Shown: piece after piece, positions 21,544 through 31,064 of the stretch
Layout of the letters: every line of letters begins with the position of its first letter
How positions within the stretch are numbered: position 1 is the first letter of the stretch
Assembly: GCF_000195855.1 (NCBI RefSeq)
Contig: NC_002677.1
Coordinates: 2,460,001 to 2,492,000, forward strand
Reading direction: 5' to 3'
Source: Mycobacterium leprae TN
Lineage (GTDB): Bacteria > Actinomycetota > Actinomycetes > Mycobacteriales > Mycobacteriaceae
DNA: 32,000 nucleotides
The notes under the pieces: generated by a model
Told to the model about the DNA's origin: nothing
The model's database searches: none
The model's input: only the letters and a program-made list of their open reading frames with translations
Position numbers and translations under genes: made by a program

Positions 21544-22848
21544 TCAGACCTGTACGGGCAGTGCCGACATTCCGCGCATTGCCACATTTGGCTTATAGAC
21601 CAATTCACCGGCCAGCTGTACCTGTGGGAAACGCGCACTGATCGCAGATAATGTGACAGTCGCTTCCAACCGAGCCAATGCCGCTCCTAGGCAAAAATGT
21701 GAGCCGACGGCAAATGCCAAATGTCGTGAGCTGGGACGGTCGGGGTCAAATTCATCGGGGCGTGAGTAAACCGCTGGATCGCGATTGGCGGCGGCAAGCA
21801 ACAAAACCATTGTATCACCCTCGGTTAAAGTTGTCTGACCGATCGTCATGTCCTTAGCAGCTACCCGACCGATTAGATGGATTGCTGGATCATAACGAAG
21901 CGTCTCCTCAACCACCAGCGGCGCGCGCTGCGGGTTGCTACTTAGCGCTTTCCACTGCGACGGGTTGCGTAACATCGCCAGGACCGCATTGGCAATCAGA
22001 TTCACCGTGGTCTCATGACCAGCAACGAGCAACAGACCGCACGTTGCGATGATCTCTTCCTCGGTCAGCTGATCACCCGACTCGTCCAACTCAATCAGCC
22101 TGGATATCAGATCCTCACCGGGTGTACCGCGTCGACATTTAACTAGCTGCTCCAAGTAATCCCGCAACCACACACCAGCCCGCAGCCGCTCTTCAGTGGC
22201 CTCCGGCGGTTCACCGGTAATGGTAATGAACGGGTCGACTGACTGCACCAATAGTGCTGAGACGCGACCGAACTCCGGCGCGTCTTCGTACGGCACACCC
22301 AGCAGCCGACAAATCACAGCCACCGCAAGCGGAAAGGCTAGGTCAGCAATGACGTCAAACTGGCCAGCCGCGGCACCCTTATCCAGCAGGGAATCCACCA
22401 GCGCAGCAATATCACCTTCCAGCGCCTGAACGACTTTCGGTGCGAACGCCTTGCTGACAAGCTTGCGTAACCGGGTATGATCTGGTGGATCGAGAAACAT
22501 AAACGACGAGGCATAGAACGGTCGCGGTTCTGCACCAGCAGCAATGGCCTGCTGCGCTAGTGTCGCCTTGAGCCGATCGCTGGCCGACAACGGATGGCGC
22601 AATGCCTCGTCGCAGTCAGAAAACGACGAGAACACTGTCAACGGCATACCCGGTAGCTGCATCGGCCCGTAGTCAATTAACGCGCGATAAACCGGAAACG
22701 GATCCGCCCGGGTGCCCGGGTCAATCAAGCGTAGCAACAGCATTTGTGCCTCAACAAGCGATGGCGGGTTCGTTCCCATCGGTCGATTATGACTCAGGTA
22801 CTCGATAAATGCATACACGCATGTACGAGTTGGTACGCACGTCCGCAT
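21544..22848 (-). CDS. cyp164A1: Cytochrome P450, CYP164A1-like
   Basis: 434-aa ORF; I-helix LLLVAGHETTVNLI, ExxR ETLR, heme-binding loop FAVGSHFCLGAALARLEA. The start may be the internal ATG corresponding to MGTNPPSLVE. Confidence 0.93.
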   Translation of the reverse strand: MRTCVPTRTCVYAFIEYLSHNRPMGTNPPSLVEAQMLLLRLIDPGTRADPFPVYRALIDYGPMQLPGMPLTVFSSFSDCDEALRHPLSASDRLKATLAQQAIAAGAEPRPFYASSFMFLDPPDHTRLRKLVSKAFAPKVVQALEGDIAALVDSLLDKGAAAGQFDVIADLAFPLAVAVICRLLGVPYEDAPEFGRVSALLVQSVDPFITITGEPPEATEERLRAGVWLRDYLEQLVKCRRGTPGEDLISRLIELDESGDQLTEEEIIATCGLLLVAGHETTVNLIANAVLAMLRNPSQWKALSSNPQRAPLVVEETLRYDPAIHLIGRVAAKDMTIGQTTLTEGDTMVLLLAAANRDPAVYSRPDEFDPDRPSSRHLAFAVGSHFCLGAALARLEATVTLSAISARFPQVQLAGELVYKPNVAMRGMSALPVQV

Positions 22849-23337
22849 GATTGAAGGTGGCTAGCCGAACACGTAATTATTTATCGCTACGAGCCACGAC
22901 GTCAGTCTTGGGCCAGATTCAGAGCCCTGCTCAACGGTGTTGCTCTGCAGCGTATATTTGCGGCATCGAATGGTATGGTGGGGACCACCCCTTAAGGGCC
23001 CTCAACGCCGTTAGCGGCCGGCTCGCCGTCGACTCCAGCACAATCATGGGGACACGCACAGCAGCAAGCCCAGACCATGACCGAGGACTGGCGGCGACAC
23101 GGACTCGACATGGACATCGTCGGCTTGACCTACCCGAATGAATACGACAGACATGGCCACATGCCTGCAAACGTATGGACGGACGGCGGCACAGTCCAAG
23201 CTCACCTAACCTCTGCACAGCTGCAGGCCTGTCCTAACTTCAAGCCACTGACCGACAGGACCCGGCCAACACAATCAGCCAATCAGCTTCGTGCAAGCCA
23301 TCCGCGCTTAACCGCTTTTGCAGTTGAACTTTCGCGA

Positions 23338-24270
23338 TCAAAAGCAGCGTTTAGCCAACCATTCGGCCTGCATCACCAGCAGGGCCAGTATTTGTAACTG
23401 CTGGGTATCAAGGTCGAGTTGACGGTAACGCTGATAAACATTGACAACCACTCGTTCGGCGTCCAGCCTGGTCGCGTACTCGCCTAAGTCGGGGGTCTCA
23501 ACGGCCTCAACCCACGACAAACCCCTGAGCACTAGGAGGCTTCGGCTTGTTCGGCGACGTAAACAAGTATAGCCCGGAGCACAAGTCCCGCCCGAATCGG
23601 TGACTGGACAGTGGCCAGGTACCACCACCAGCGCGTCGAATGTTAGCACTGCTTAGCACGCGGCGACCTGGCTGGCGATCGGCCCGACCCACACGACCTG
23701 GGTGCACCCAATGGACAGGAGATCCCATTGTCAACAATACGCCAGTGTCAGGCACGTACGCCACGGAGTCCGTAGCGGTATAGGCTGGACCCAAGTTCAG
23801 CAGATTGACCTGCCGGTCGCTAACTTCAACGATGAAGTTGTATTCGAACATCTGATCTGCGTTGCAGACCTTGATGCGGTTGAAGTCTAAGTGCCCGAGA
23901 CGGTCTCAACTTGTACGGCATTGCGATCGGGCCGAGACCGCCAGTTTGCATCATGGCTAACATCTGGAGCGCCCCGTCGTGTGCGATCTCGTCAGCAGTG
24001 TCCTTGGCGGCGATGATTTAGCACCGATCGGGTCCAGCAGTTGATTGCCGTGCATGTAGTCACCGTTGGCGTGGATGATCAACGCATCAGCGCAGGGCAA
24101 AGACAAGATGATGGACTTCATCGCGGTGAGCATCTCCCAGGGTAACTCCAGGTCAATCCAGGTATCGACAAGCAGTAACGCGCCGTAGCGGCTATCAGCC
24201 CCGCACTGCTCCAACTATACCCCCGTCCGACAGCGTCCACGCCCACACTCAAGTTGGCGACTTCGTTCAG
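23338..24270 (-). pseudogene. MBL-fold metallo-hydrolase pseudogene
   Basis: Pieces in several frames: ALLLVDTWIDLELPWEMLTAM...DALIIHANGDYMHGNQLL (degraded HxHxDH region), VFEYNFIVEVSDRQVNLLNLGPAYTATDSVAYVPDTGVLLT, TQVVWVGPIASW, LRGLSWVEAVETPDLGEYATRLDAERVVVNVYQRYRQLD. Confidence 0.8.
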
Positions 24271-24356
24271 CCCACGGATGTTTGTTGTAGAGTATCTGCG
24301 GGGTGCTCGGTTGACCCGACCGGAAGCGACCGTGGCACCGGTATTGGGCTGAGCCT

Positions 24357-24960
24357 CTAACGGATGTGGCAGGAGGCGCTCACGCGGAGAGTCTGTCGAA
24401 TCCAGACCAGCCCTTGCACCTGGAATATGACGAAGTCACAGTCGTGCAGCCATCCCGGGAACGACTCCCGCACCGTCAGGCTCAGGTGTTCGACGAATGT
24501 GCAGGTGAGTAGCGCACCGAAGCCAATAACCTCACCCGGCCGCAGTGTCACCCCACGTGAGACGTGAAAGATAACTTCGCCGAAAGTCCCAATCCATCTG
24601 GGCGGTCAAACCTGGTCTCATCACGGTGTCGTTAACCAGAGAGCGCACCCCATAAGTCGAGCTTGCCGTCACGGCTGTACAGCTCGAGCTCATCGGGCCT
24701 AACCAAGTAGGGGCCCAGTGTTACTACACTGCTTTTGCCCTGCCCGATCCCTAGACGACTTTCCATCTGTTGCAAGTCGCGTACGGACCAATTATTGAAG
24801 TATGGTTGTAACCAACGATGGCCTGTTCGGTTTCCTCAACAGTCAGGTCGCCGAGGTTTTTACCGATGGATCCGATGACCGCAGAAATTTCCAATTCGAA
24901 TTTCTACCAAGCACTTCCGGTAACCGCCGACACTTCGTCGTATCGAACCAAAATAGTTGC
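24357..24960 (-). pseudogene. Fumarylacetoacetate hydrolase-family (HHDD isomerase-like, Rv0939-like) pseudogene
   Basis: LEISAVIGSIGKNLGDLTVEETEQAIVGYNHTS...GPY, then VTLRPGEVIGFGALLTCTFVEHLSLTVRESFPGWLHDCDFVIFQVQGL, frames interrupted. 5' extent uncertain. Confidence 0.7.
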
Positions 24961-25299
24961 TGAGCAAGCGAAATAAAATCCAATACGATACCAGGTATCG
25001 CTAAGCACCCCATCAGAAGCCCAGCTCAGCTTGGCAATTGCACATATGGTACAAAACACAACGAGTCACGGAATCAACAGTGGGAGCGAGATCGGGGCCA
25101 TCAACCGCACGTCGACGAGTTGTACTACCGCCCAATGGCGAACGTTGCATATCTTCGCCAGCTGCTCGCAGCCAGTCAACGCCACTGGCTACCAGATAAA
25201 GTAGCGTCACGTCCGGCGACATCACGTAGATCACATACCCGGCGAGCACTCCGGTGCGTTCGCTGTCACCACGACACGTCACCCATTGCATTCCCGCAC

Positions 25300-27420
25300 C
25301 ACACTCACTTGGTTTCTTTGTCTGGCCCGCAGCCCACACCAACTCGTTTAGCGCAACAGGTTATCCGCGGTCCATTCGCTATAGCGCACCTCGCCGACCA
25401 AAACCGGCTTAACAAAAATCACACCTTTAGCGTCGCGTGTCGGAACCAAGTCACCAAACGGAGATTGGTCGCTGCGCAAAAGGACGAAAGTCTACTTGAG
25501 GTTGGCCAGGTCACACTCGGCGAAGCAGGCACCAACCCACTCGGCAAAATGCAGCCCACCGGCGGTGGGGATACCCATCAGCAACGCACCGATGCCACAG
25601 CTACGTCCGCTTTTCCCGGCACGCCAGCCACCTATGACGACTTCCTGGGTTTTCCAGTGTTTGTCTTTAGCCCACGACGCAGAACGCTGACCCTGCTGAT
25701 AGTTGGAATCACGCTGCTTGGTAAGCAAGCTTTCCAAGCGTACTTGCGGTAGTACTCGAGCGCCTCGGTGCCATCTCCGGGTAGCAGCTCAAGTACTATG
25801 GAATTGCTTGCAGTAGGAAAGATTTCAATATTTTGCGCTGGTCAAGATAGCGCACTCGCAGTAACAAGCTGCCGTCTAGCTAGAGCAAGTCGAACATCCA
25901 AAACACGATACTGGTGGCGCAGTTGCGGCTGTGCATCTCGTTGAAACTGGGCACACCGGACTAGCCGTCTAGAACCACATGGTGTTATATGAAATCGGCT
26001 ACCAGTGAGCGCAATGGAAATATTCTTCGGTAACGTCACATCCTTTGCTGAACAACAAGAGTGACGATCAGTAGTCAGCTTCGATCAGGAGTCGGTAGCC
26101 GTCTCATTTGTCTTGGAAAGCCCACTAACCCCCCTTCAGTATCACCACCAAACCGTGCTTAGCGAGCACAGAGGGACGATGTCGTTCGTCGAACATAAAG
26201 ACTTTTTAGTCCTTCATCCTACTGTGCACCAGACACCGGTAACTGTTAGTTAGCATCAGTCCATAAATCCTGATTATCCGGATCTCGTGCAAGATTACGA
26301 TGAGCTCCAACGTTTTTCAGGGAAGTCGCGGAACTTCCCGGTGTCGTAGATTCCCTCTCCCAGAGGATTATCTGGTCAGTGCCATATTTACCTTTCGGTG
26401 ATCTCACTACCGAACATGGCTTAGTCCAAAGGATGATCCTCAGTGTGTACCGCCAGGTGGTTCACCGATGTGGTGTGCGACAGATTTTTCAGCACTGCAC
26501 ACGACACCAATACGCCATCTCGCTCCAGCCGGAAGTCTTAGTACGACTATAGTCCGTTATGCTCCTGGATGACAAACGTATTGCCTTTACCAATTATTTT
26601 TTTTCGCTGGTTTTGTTGAAATTATCGGATCAGGAATCTTCGATGTGTCACACATGCTATGGTATTTCGTCAACCGATCCGAGCTGGTAGCTCAGGGCTC
26701 CGGGGCGTCCATCCTCGCCAACAGTTCACCGTAAGGAGCGATTCGGCAAAGTACCTTGTCTTAGAGACAGCTTTCATAGTGCGGGATCGTCAAGTTATTC
26801 CCAGCTGCGTAACGCCATCACCTTCGAGGGCTCTCAGTTGCACAGCTAGTAAGGCACAATAGTGCTCTTCGAACCTCGGTTTTGGCTCCAGTCCACAAAA
26901 ACCTTCTCCATCAACAACCTTCGTGTCATGATCGACGTCACCAAGGTAGGAATGACGTTTTCCAGTTGCTGAGAAATGTTTTTAGCAAACAACACAGCTC
27001 CTCGACTACTCACTTGATGGTCAAGTGGCGTGTATGAGGTGCAACCCCTTTGCGATCGCTGGTCAGCGGGAAAATAGTCAGCCCGATATCGGAGATCAGA
27101 TCCCAGATTGCGCAGTCACTTTCGGCCAGCTAAGGCATTGTCATACCGTCACCGGATCCAGGTCGAACACCAATCGTGCCACCAGGCTAAGTTGTAGCCT
27201 GCCAGGATCTCCGACGAACAGCTACTGCGGCACATGTACCTCCAGCGCGGCCTGCTGTGCGATCCAAGCTAGCCCGGTGGGACTGTCGATTAACCGGATA
27301 GGTCGTGATTCCCGACCGGTGGGTCACGCTGGCACGCTACAGCCAGTCCAGCGTCACTAGGACGCTAACCGCAATGGCCACAATTGCCTATGACGAGTCA
27401 GCTACCTAGACGTTCGACCT
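25300..27420 (-). pseudogene. ligD: NHEJ DNA ligase D (LigD, Rv0938-like) pseudogene
   Basis: Colinear fragments, N- to C-terminal, from high to low coordinate: RASVTHRSGITTYP; GLAWIAQQAALEVHVPQ; RLVFDLDP; ISDIGLTIFPLTSDRKG; LVTSIMTRRLLMEKVFVDWSQNRGSKSTIVPY; SVNHLAVHTEDHPLD; HHVVLDG; VFWMFDLL*LDG; VRYLDQRK; LELLPGDGTEA; RDSNYQQGQRSASWAKDKHWKTQEVVIGGWRAG...IGALLMGIPTAGGLHFAEWVG...ERDLANLK-like; RDAKGVIFVKPVLVGEVRYSEWT; WRGLRPDKKPSE-like end. Many stops and frameshifts. Confidence 0.9.
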
Positions 27421-27464
27421 GACCATGGGAAGCTCACTCCGGGACGCCTCCGGTCTTGCCGCCA

Positions 27465-27990
27465 CTGTTTGTACACACCGGTATGTATCGCCGCCGTGCG
27501 CGAGCCGGGCTGCTTGGCGGTCACGACTCTGCTCGATGCCTACCGAGTGCCGGCACCACAGTCAGTTTCGACTCCAATGTACGTCCGTCACTAATCGTGG
27601 ACCAGGATCTGGACCGCGAGCGTATCGAACATATCTCGTTGAGTGCAACGATATCGTCAAAGTCATCGACGAAAACCTACGCTAGATCGATCCCAACCAC
27701 GCACTGGAATGAACCGCCCTGACCTGGTTGACATCTGGACCGGCGATCGTTGCGGCGAGCAAGGCGCGTTGGCGTTATGCCTGGCCGGCAAGGCCCGGGT
27801 GGACATCAGGAACTTCCGGGTCGTGGACACCGTCTGCACCAGTGATGAGTTCATGGTCAGACTGCTCGACGGGTTATGGGGATATGGCTTATGAAGCGCT
27901 GATCGGCGAGCCAATCTTCAGCGAATCCGGCTCGACGCGCTGTCTGTCGCGCTGGACGCAGCTGACCTGTCGTCGAGGCTGACTATCGCC
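27465..27990 (+). pseudogene. PfkB-family carbohydrate kinase pseudogene
   Basis: VCIAAVREPGCLAVTTLLDAYRVPAP, VSFDSNVRPSLIVDQDLDRERIEHI, DIVKVIDENLR, GQ-like gap, then LCLAGKARVDIRNFRVVDTVCTSDEFMVRLLDGLWGYGL, corresponding to the degraded DTVGAGDxFxAGLLDGL motif. Confidence 0.7.
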
Positions 27991-28183
27991 TACACCGGTA
28001 CTGACCTAGCCGACCGAGCGGCTATGGATACCTAAAACACTCTATCCCCAATATGTTTTACCCAACAGCAACTCATATGTAGTATCTAGGGATTAGTGGA
28101 TTACCCACCGACAAAACGCACTATATCGTACTTTGCCGCCTGGCGTGCTGTTGTGCGACCTAGAGTGTGGACATACTGACTGT

Positions 28184-28937
28184 ATGCACTTCATCTGGAA
28201 GGGTTCGATTGCTTCTGTGGCGGGTAAACATCCGGGTCAAAGCGTACAAGCTAATCCAGGACCACGATATCAAGTTCCACGAGGTGCACGCCAACGCTAA
28301 TGGGAGGATCCGATACAAACGAGTATGCGATGTAATGTGGATAAGTCGTCGAATACTGTGATCTCACCCAGGCCCACGAATTCGACGAAGGCCAATTGGT
28401 GGTGATCACCGATTACGACATCGCCACACTGCCCTAGGAGGGCAGCCGCGAGATCAAGGTCCTGGAGTTCGTCCCGGTCCGCCACGTCGACACCATAGTG
28501 TTCGACCGCCACTACTTCTTGTAACAGGATTCGAAGCCGTGGAAATCATAGGTGCTGCTAGCTAAGACATTCGCCGAAACCAACCAGATGGCAATCGTGA
28601 ATTTCGCGCTGCATAACAAGAATAGATCGGCGACGCTGCGCGTCAGGGACTTCGGCAAGCGCGAAGTTATAGTGGTGCACACCTTGTTGTAGCCAGACTA
28701 AATGCGCTACCGCGACACCTACCAGGCACAGATTCAGTAACTAATTGAAGCGAAAATTGAATATAAATAAGTATTTACCGCTGAGTAACAGCCGGAAAAT
28801 TTGACGATACCGAGGATGTGGCTGACCTGCCCACAAAACTGGAGGCCAGCATGAAGGAGTGCTCCGGTCACCTGAAATCCCCGGCGCAGAAAACTGCTGC
28901 CGAGAAAATCGGTTCGAAGGCGGCGTCAAAATCCTGA
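28184..28937 (+). pseudogene. ku: Prokaryotic Ku (NHEJ end-binding protein, Rv0937c-like) pseudogene
   Basis: MHFIWKGSIAS, VNIRVKAYKLIQDHDIKFHEVHANANGRIRYKRVC, FDEGQLVVITDYDIATLP*EGSREIKVLEFVPVRHVDTIVFDRHYFL, VLLAKTFAETNQMAIVNFALHNK, LRVRDFGKREVIVVHTLL, RDTYQAQIQ*LIEAKIEYK*VFTAE, DVADLPTKLEASMKE. Confidence 0.93.
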
Positions 28938-28998
28938 CCTGCAGCTCTGAATTCCTGAAGTCTTGAGGACGATACAGCGGGGCGGTCTACCCAGACGC

Positions 28999-29091
28999 GT
29001 ATCGTGTCCATCCATAATTACGGCGAAATCATCCTGATCACCAGCAAGGACTTCGCTTATATGGTGGCTTTCGGGATCGCATCAGCACGGT
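28999..29091 (+). pseudogene. Possible Ser/Thr protein kinase remnant (PknD-like)
   Basis: RIVSIHNYGEIILITSKDFAYMVAFGIASAR resembles the subdomain VI-VII region HRDVKPENILIT..DFAYLVDFGIA. Strand and position match pknD beside pstA1 in M. tuberculosis. Only about 30 codons remain. Confidence 0.4.
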
Positions 29092-29130
29092 TGCCGAGCG
29101 AGGAGACCAGGAGACCTAACGCGCCCGGTG

Positions 29131-30045
29131 TCACCGGCACCCGCTGCACCGCCGGGTAGCCAGGAAGCGGAACGCCGCGCCGAAGAGATTGATCCCGGCA
29201 ACCAAGATGATCAGAGTCAGTGCCGCGCCCCAAACCCGCAGAAAACCCGCGTATTCGGGATTGGTCAGTTCGGTGTAGATCAGCAGCGGCAACGAGGCCA
29301 TGTTGCCGTCAAAAATGTCGAAGTTGATGGAACGGCTGTACCCAACCAGGACGAGCACCGGCGCAGTTTCGCCGATGACGCGCGCAATGGACAACAAGAC
29401 ACCGGAGATGATGCCCGGCGTCGCGATTGGAAAGACAATGCGCACAATTGTCTTCCATTTCGGAATACCCAACGCGTAGCAGGCTTCTCGCAGTTCGTCA
29501 GGAACCAACCTCAGTATTTCCTCGGTAGACCGCACCACCACTGGCAACATCAACAAAACCAACGCCAACGACACAGCGAAGGCAGATTGTTGGAATCCCA
29601 GGGTGGCGATCCACAGGCAGAAGATAAACAACGCCGCTACGATCGAGGGCACTCCGGCGAGCACGTCAACCATGAACGTGGTCACCCGTACGAACGGGCC
29701 AGAACCGTATTCCACCAGATATACGGCTGTCATCGATCCCAGCGGCACGGCCATGATGGCGGCCACCACAGCCTGCACCAACGACCCATACAGCGCGTGG
29801 TATACTCCGCCGGCAAACTCTTCTGGCATCACACCGCGTAGCGAGTGGGTCCACCAGTCGAACCGAGTTACAGCGTAGAAACCTCGCGCGACCACGACTG
29901 ACAACAGCCAAACTAGCGGAACCAGCGCAATGAGAAACGAGGTGAAGAAAAACATTGTCGCAACGTTGTTTTTGATGCGGCGTCGCACGCTGATGGGGCG
30001 CAACACTACCGCTTTGACCGGTCGGTCGAGGGTATCAAGATTCAT
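29131..30045 (-). CDS. pstA1: Phosphate ABC transporter permease PstA
   Basis: 304-aa ORF; GSMTAVYLVEYGSGPFVRVTTFMVDVLAGVPSIVAALFIF, EALREACYALG-like RLVPDELREACYALGIPKWKTIVRIVFPIATPGIISGVLLSIARVIGETAPVL. Confidence 0.95.
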   Translation of the reverse strand: MNLDTLDRPVKAVVLRPISVRRRIKNNVATMFFFTSFLIALVPLVWLLSVVVARGFYAVTRFDWWTHSLRGVMPEEFAGGVYHALYGSLVQAVVAAIMAVPLGSMTAVYLVEYGSGPFVRVTTFMVDVLAGVPSIVAALFIFCLWIATLGFQQSAFAVSLALVLLMLPVVVRSTEEILRLVPDELREACYALGIPKWKTIVRIVFPIATPGIISGVLLSIARVIGETAPVLVLVGYSRSINFDIFDGNMASLPLLIYTELTNPEYAGFLRVWGAALTLIILVAGINLFGAAFRFLATRRCSGCR

Positions 30046-30062
30046 CGAGAGCTCACCGCAGC

Positions 30063-31022
30063 TTATCCGTTCACCCTTCCGCCGGAGATTGCGCGAGCGA
30101 CCGCGTTGACGACGAACGTCAGGAAGAACAGTGCAAATCCTGCTGCGATATATGCTCCGGTCGGCAGCGGTTGGCTAAATTCTGATGCCGCGGAGGCAAT
30201 CTTAGAAGCGAACGTGTAACCACCGTCAAAAAGCGACCAATTGCCCGAGCGAGCGGCCGAACGCAGGATTATCAGAACCGCCAGGGTTTCTCCTAAAGCA
30301 CGGCCCAAACCGAGCATTGCCGCCGCGGCAACGCCGCTACGGCCGAACGGCAGTACGGTCATCTGTACCACTTCCCACTTGGTCGCGCCCAGCGCCTGAG
30401 CTGCTTCGATCTGAATGAGTGGGGTGTGGCGAAACACTTCGCGCGACACCGAGGTGACAATTGGCAGGATCATCACCGCTAGGACGATGCCGCTGGTGAA
30501 AATGGTGCCGCCGCCAGCCAACGACACATTGCCCTGTTTGAACAGAAACAGCCATCCCAGGTTGTGGTTGAGAAACACCGCTATCGGCTGAAGCTTCGGC
30601 GCCAACACGAATACCCCCCACAACCCGAAGATAATCGATGGCACCGCAGCCAGCAGATCAACCATCGCACTGAACAGACGCGACAGCCGTGCCGGAACAT
30701 ATTGGGTAAGGAATACCGCGATTCCGATAGCCACCGGCACAGCCAACACCAGGGCACATATCGAACTCAGCACCGTCACCATGAAAAGGTCGCGGATACC
30801 AAACGCGAGATTCTTATCACCGGTGGTGTCGAATTTTGCGCTGGTGAAAAAATTTGCATGGTTCGCGCGCAACGAGGGCACAGCACGAAGCAACAGGAAT
30901 ATCGCGATCAGCAGGATCGCGGCGACGACCGTCGAACCAGCCGCGGCAGCGGCCGATTTGAACAGCCGATCGCACCGCCGGGTTACATATGAACCGACTG
31001 CTGCTGGCGTGGGCTTTATCAC
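30063..31022 (-). CDS. pstC2: Phosphate ABC transporter permease PstC
   Basis: 319-aa ORF; [68 protein letters not shown]. Confidence 0.95.
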   Translation of the reverse strand: MIKPTPAAVGSYVTRRCDRLFKSAAAAAGSTVVAAILLIAIFLLLRAVPSLRANHANFFTSAKFDTTGDKNLAFGIRDLFMVTVLSSICALVLAVPVAIGIAVFLTQYVPARLSRLFSAMVDLLAAVPSIIFGLWGVFVLAPKLQPIAVFLNHNLGWLFLFKQGNVSLAGGGTIFTSGIVLAVMILPIVTSVSREVFRHTPLIQIEAAQALGATKWEVVQMTVLPFGRSGVAAAAMLGLGRALGETLAVLIILRSAARSGNWSLFDGGYTFASKIASAASEFSQPLPTGAYIAAGFALFFLTFVVNAVARAISGGRVNG

Positions 31023-31064
31023 AGTCGCAGGTACTAACGAATTTGTCGCCGTGACGATGTCATA

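Noticed and set aside
25120-25752. 210-aa plus-strand ORF in the right-hand graveyard
   Set aside because: Overlaps the minus-strand LigD C-terminal fossil, which has strong family motifs; the ORF itself has none.
28741-28810. AT-rich stretch in the ku pseudogene as an insertion
   Set aside because: Translates in register (LIEAKIEYK*VFTAE*QP) with the expected Ku C-terminal region (LIDTKLEGGEAFTAEDQP), so it is decayed native sequence.
29128-29841. 237-aa plus-strand ORF
   Set aside because: Exactly antisense to the well-supported pstA; composition (Gln/Arg/His-rich) is typical of a shadow frame.
21005-31060. Possible novel accessory island between the P450 and the pst genes
   Set aside because: Most of the DNA resolves into decayed fragments of known families (MBL, FAH, LigD, PfkB, Ku, kinase) in a conserved mycobacterial order, not an acquired system.
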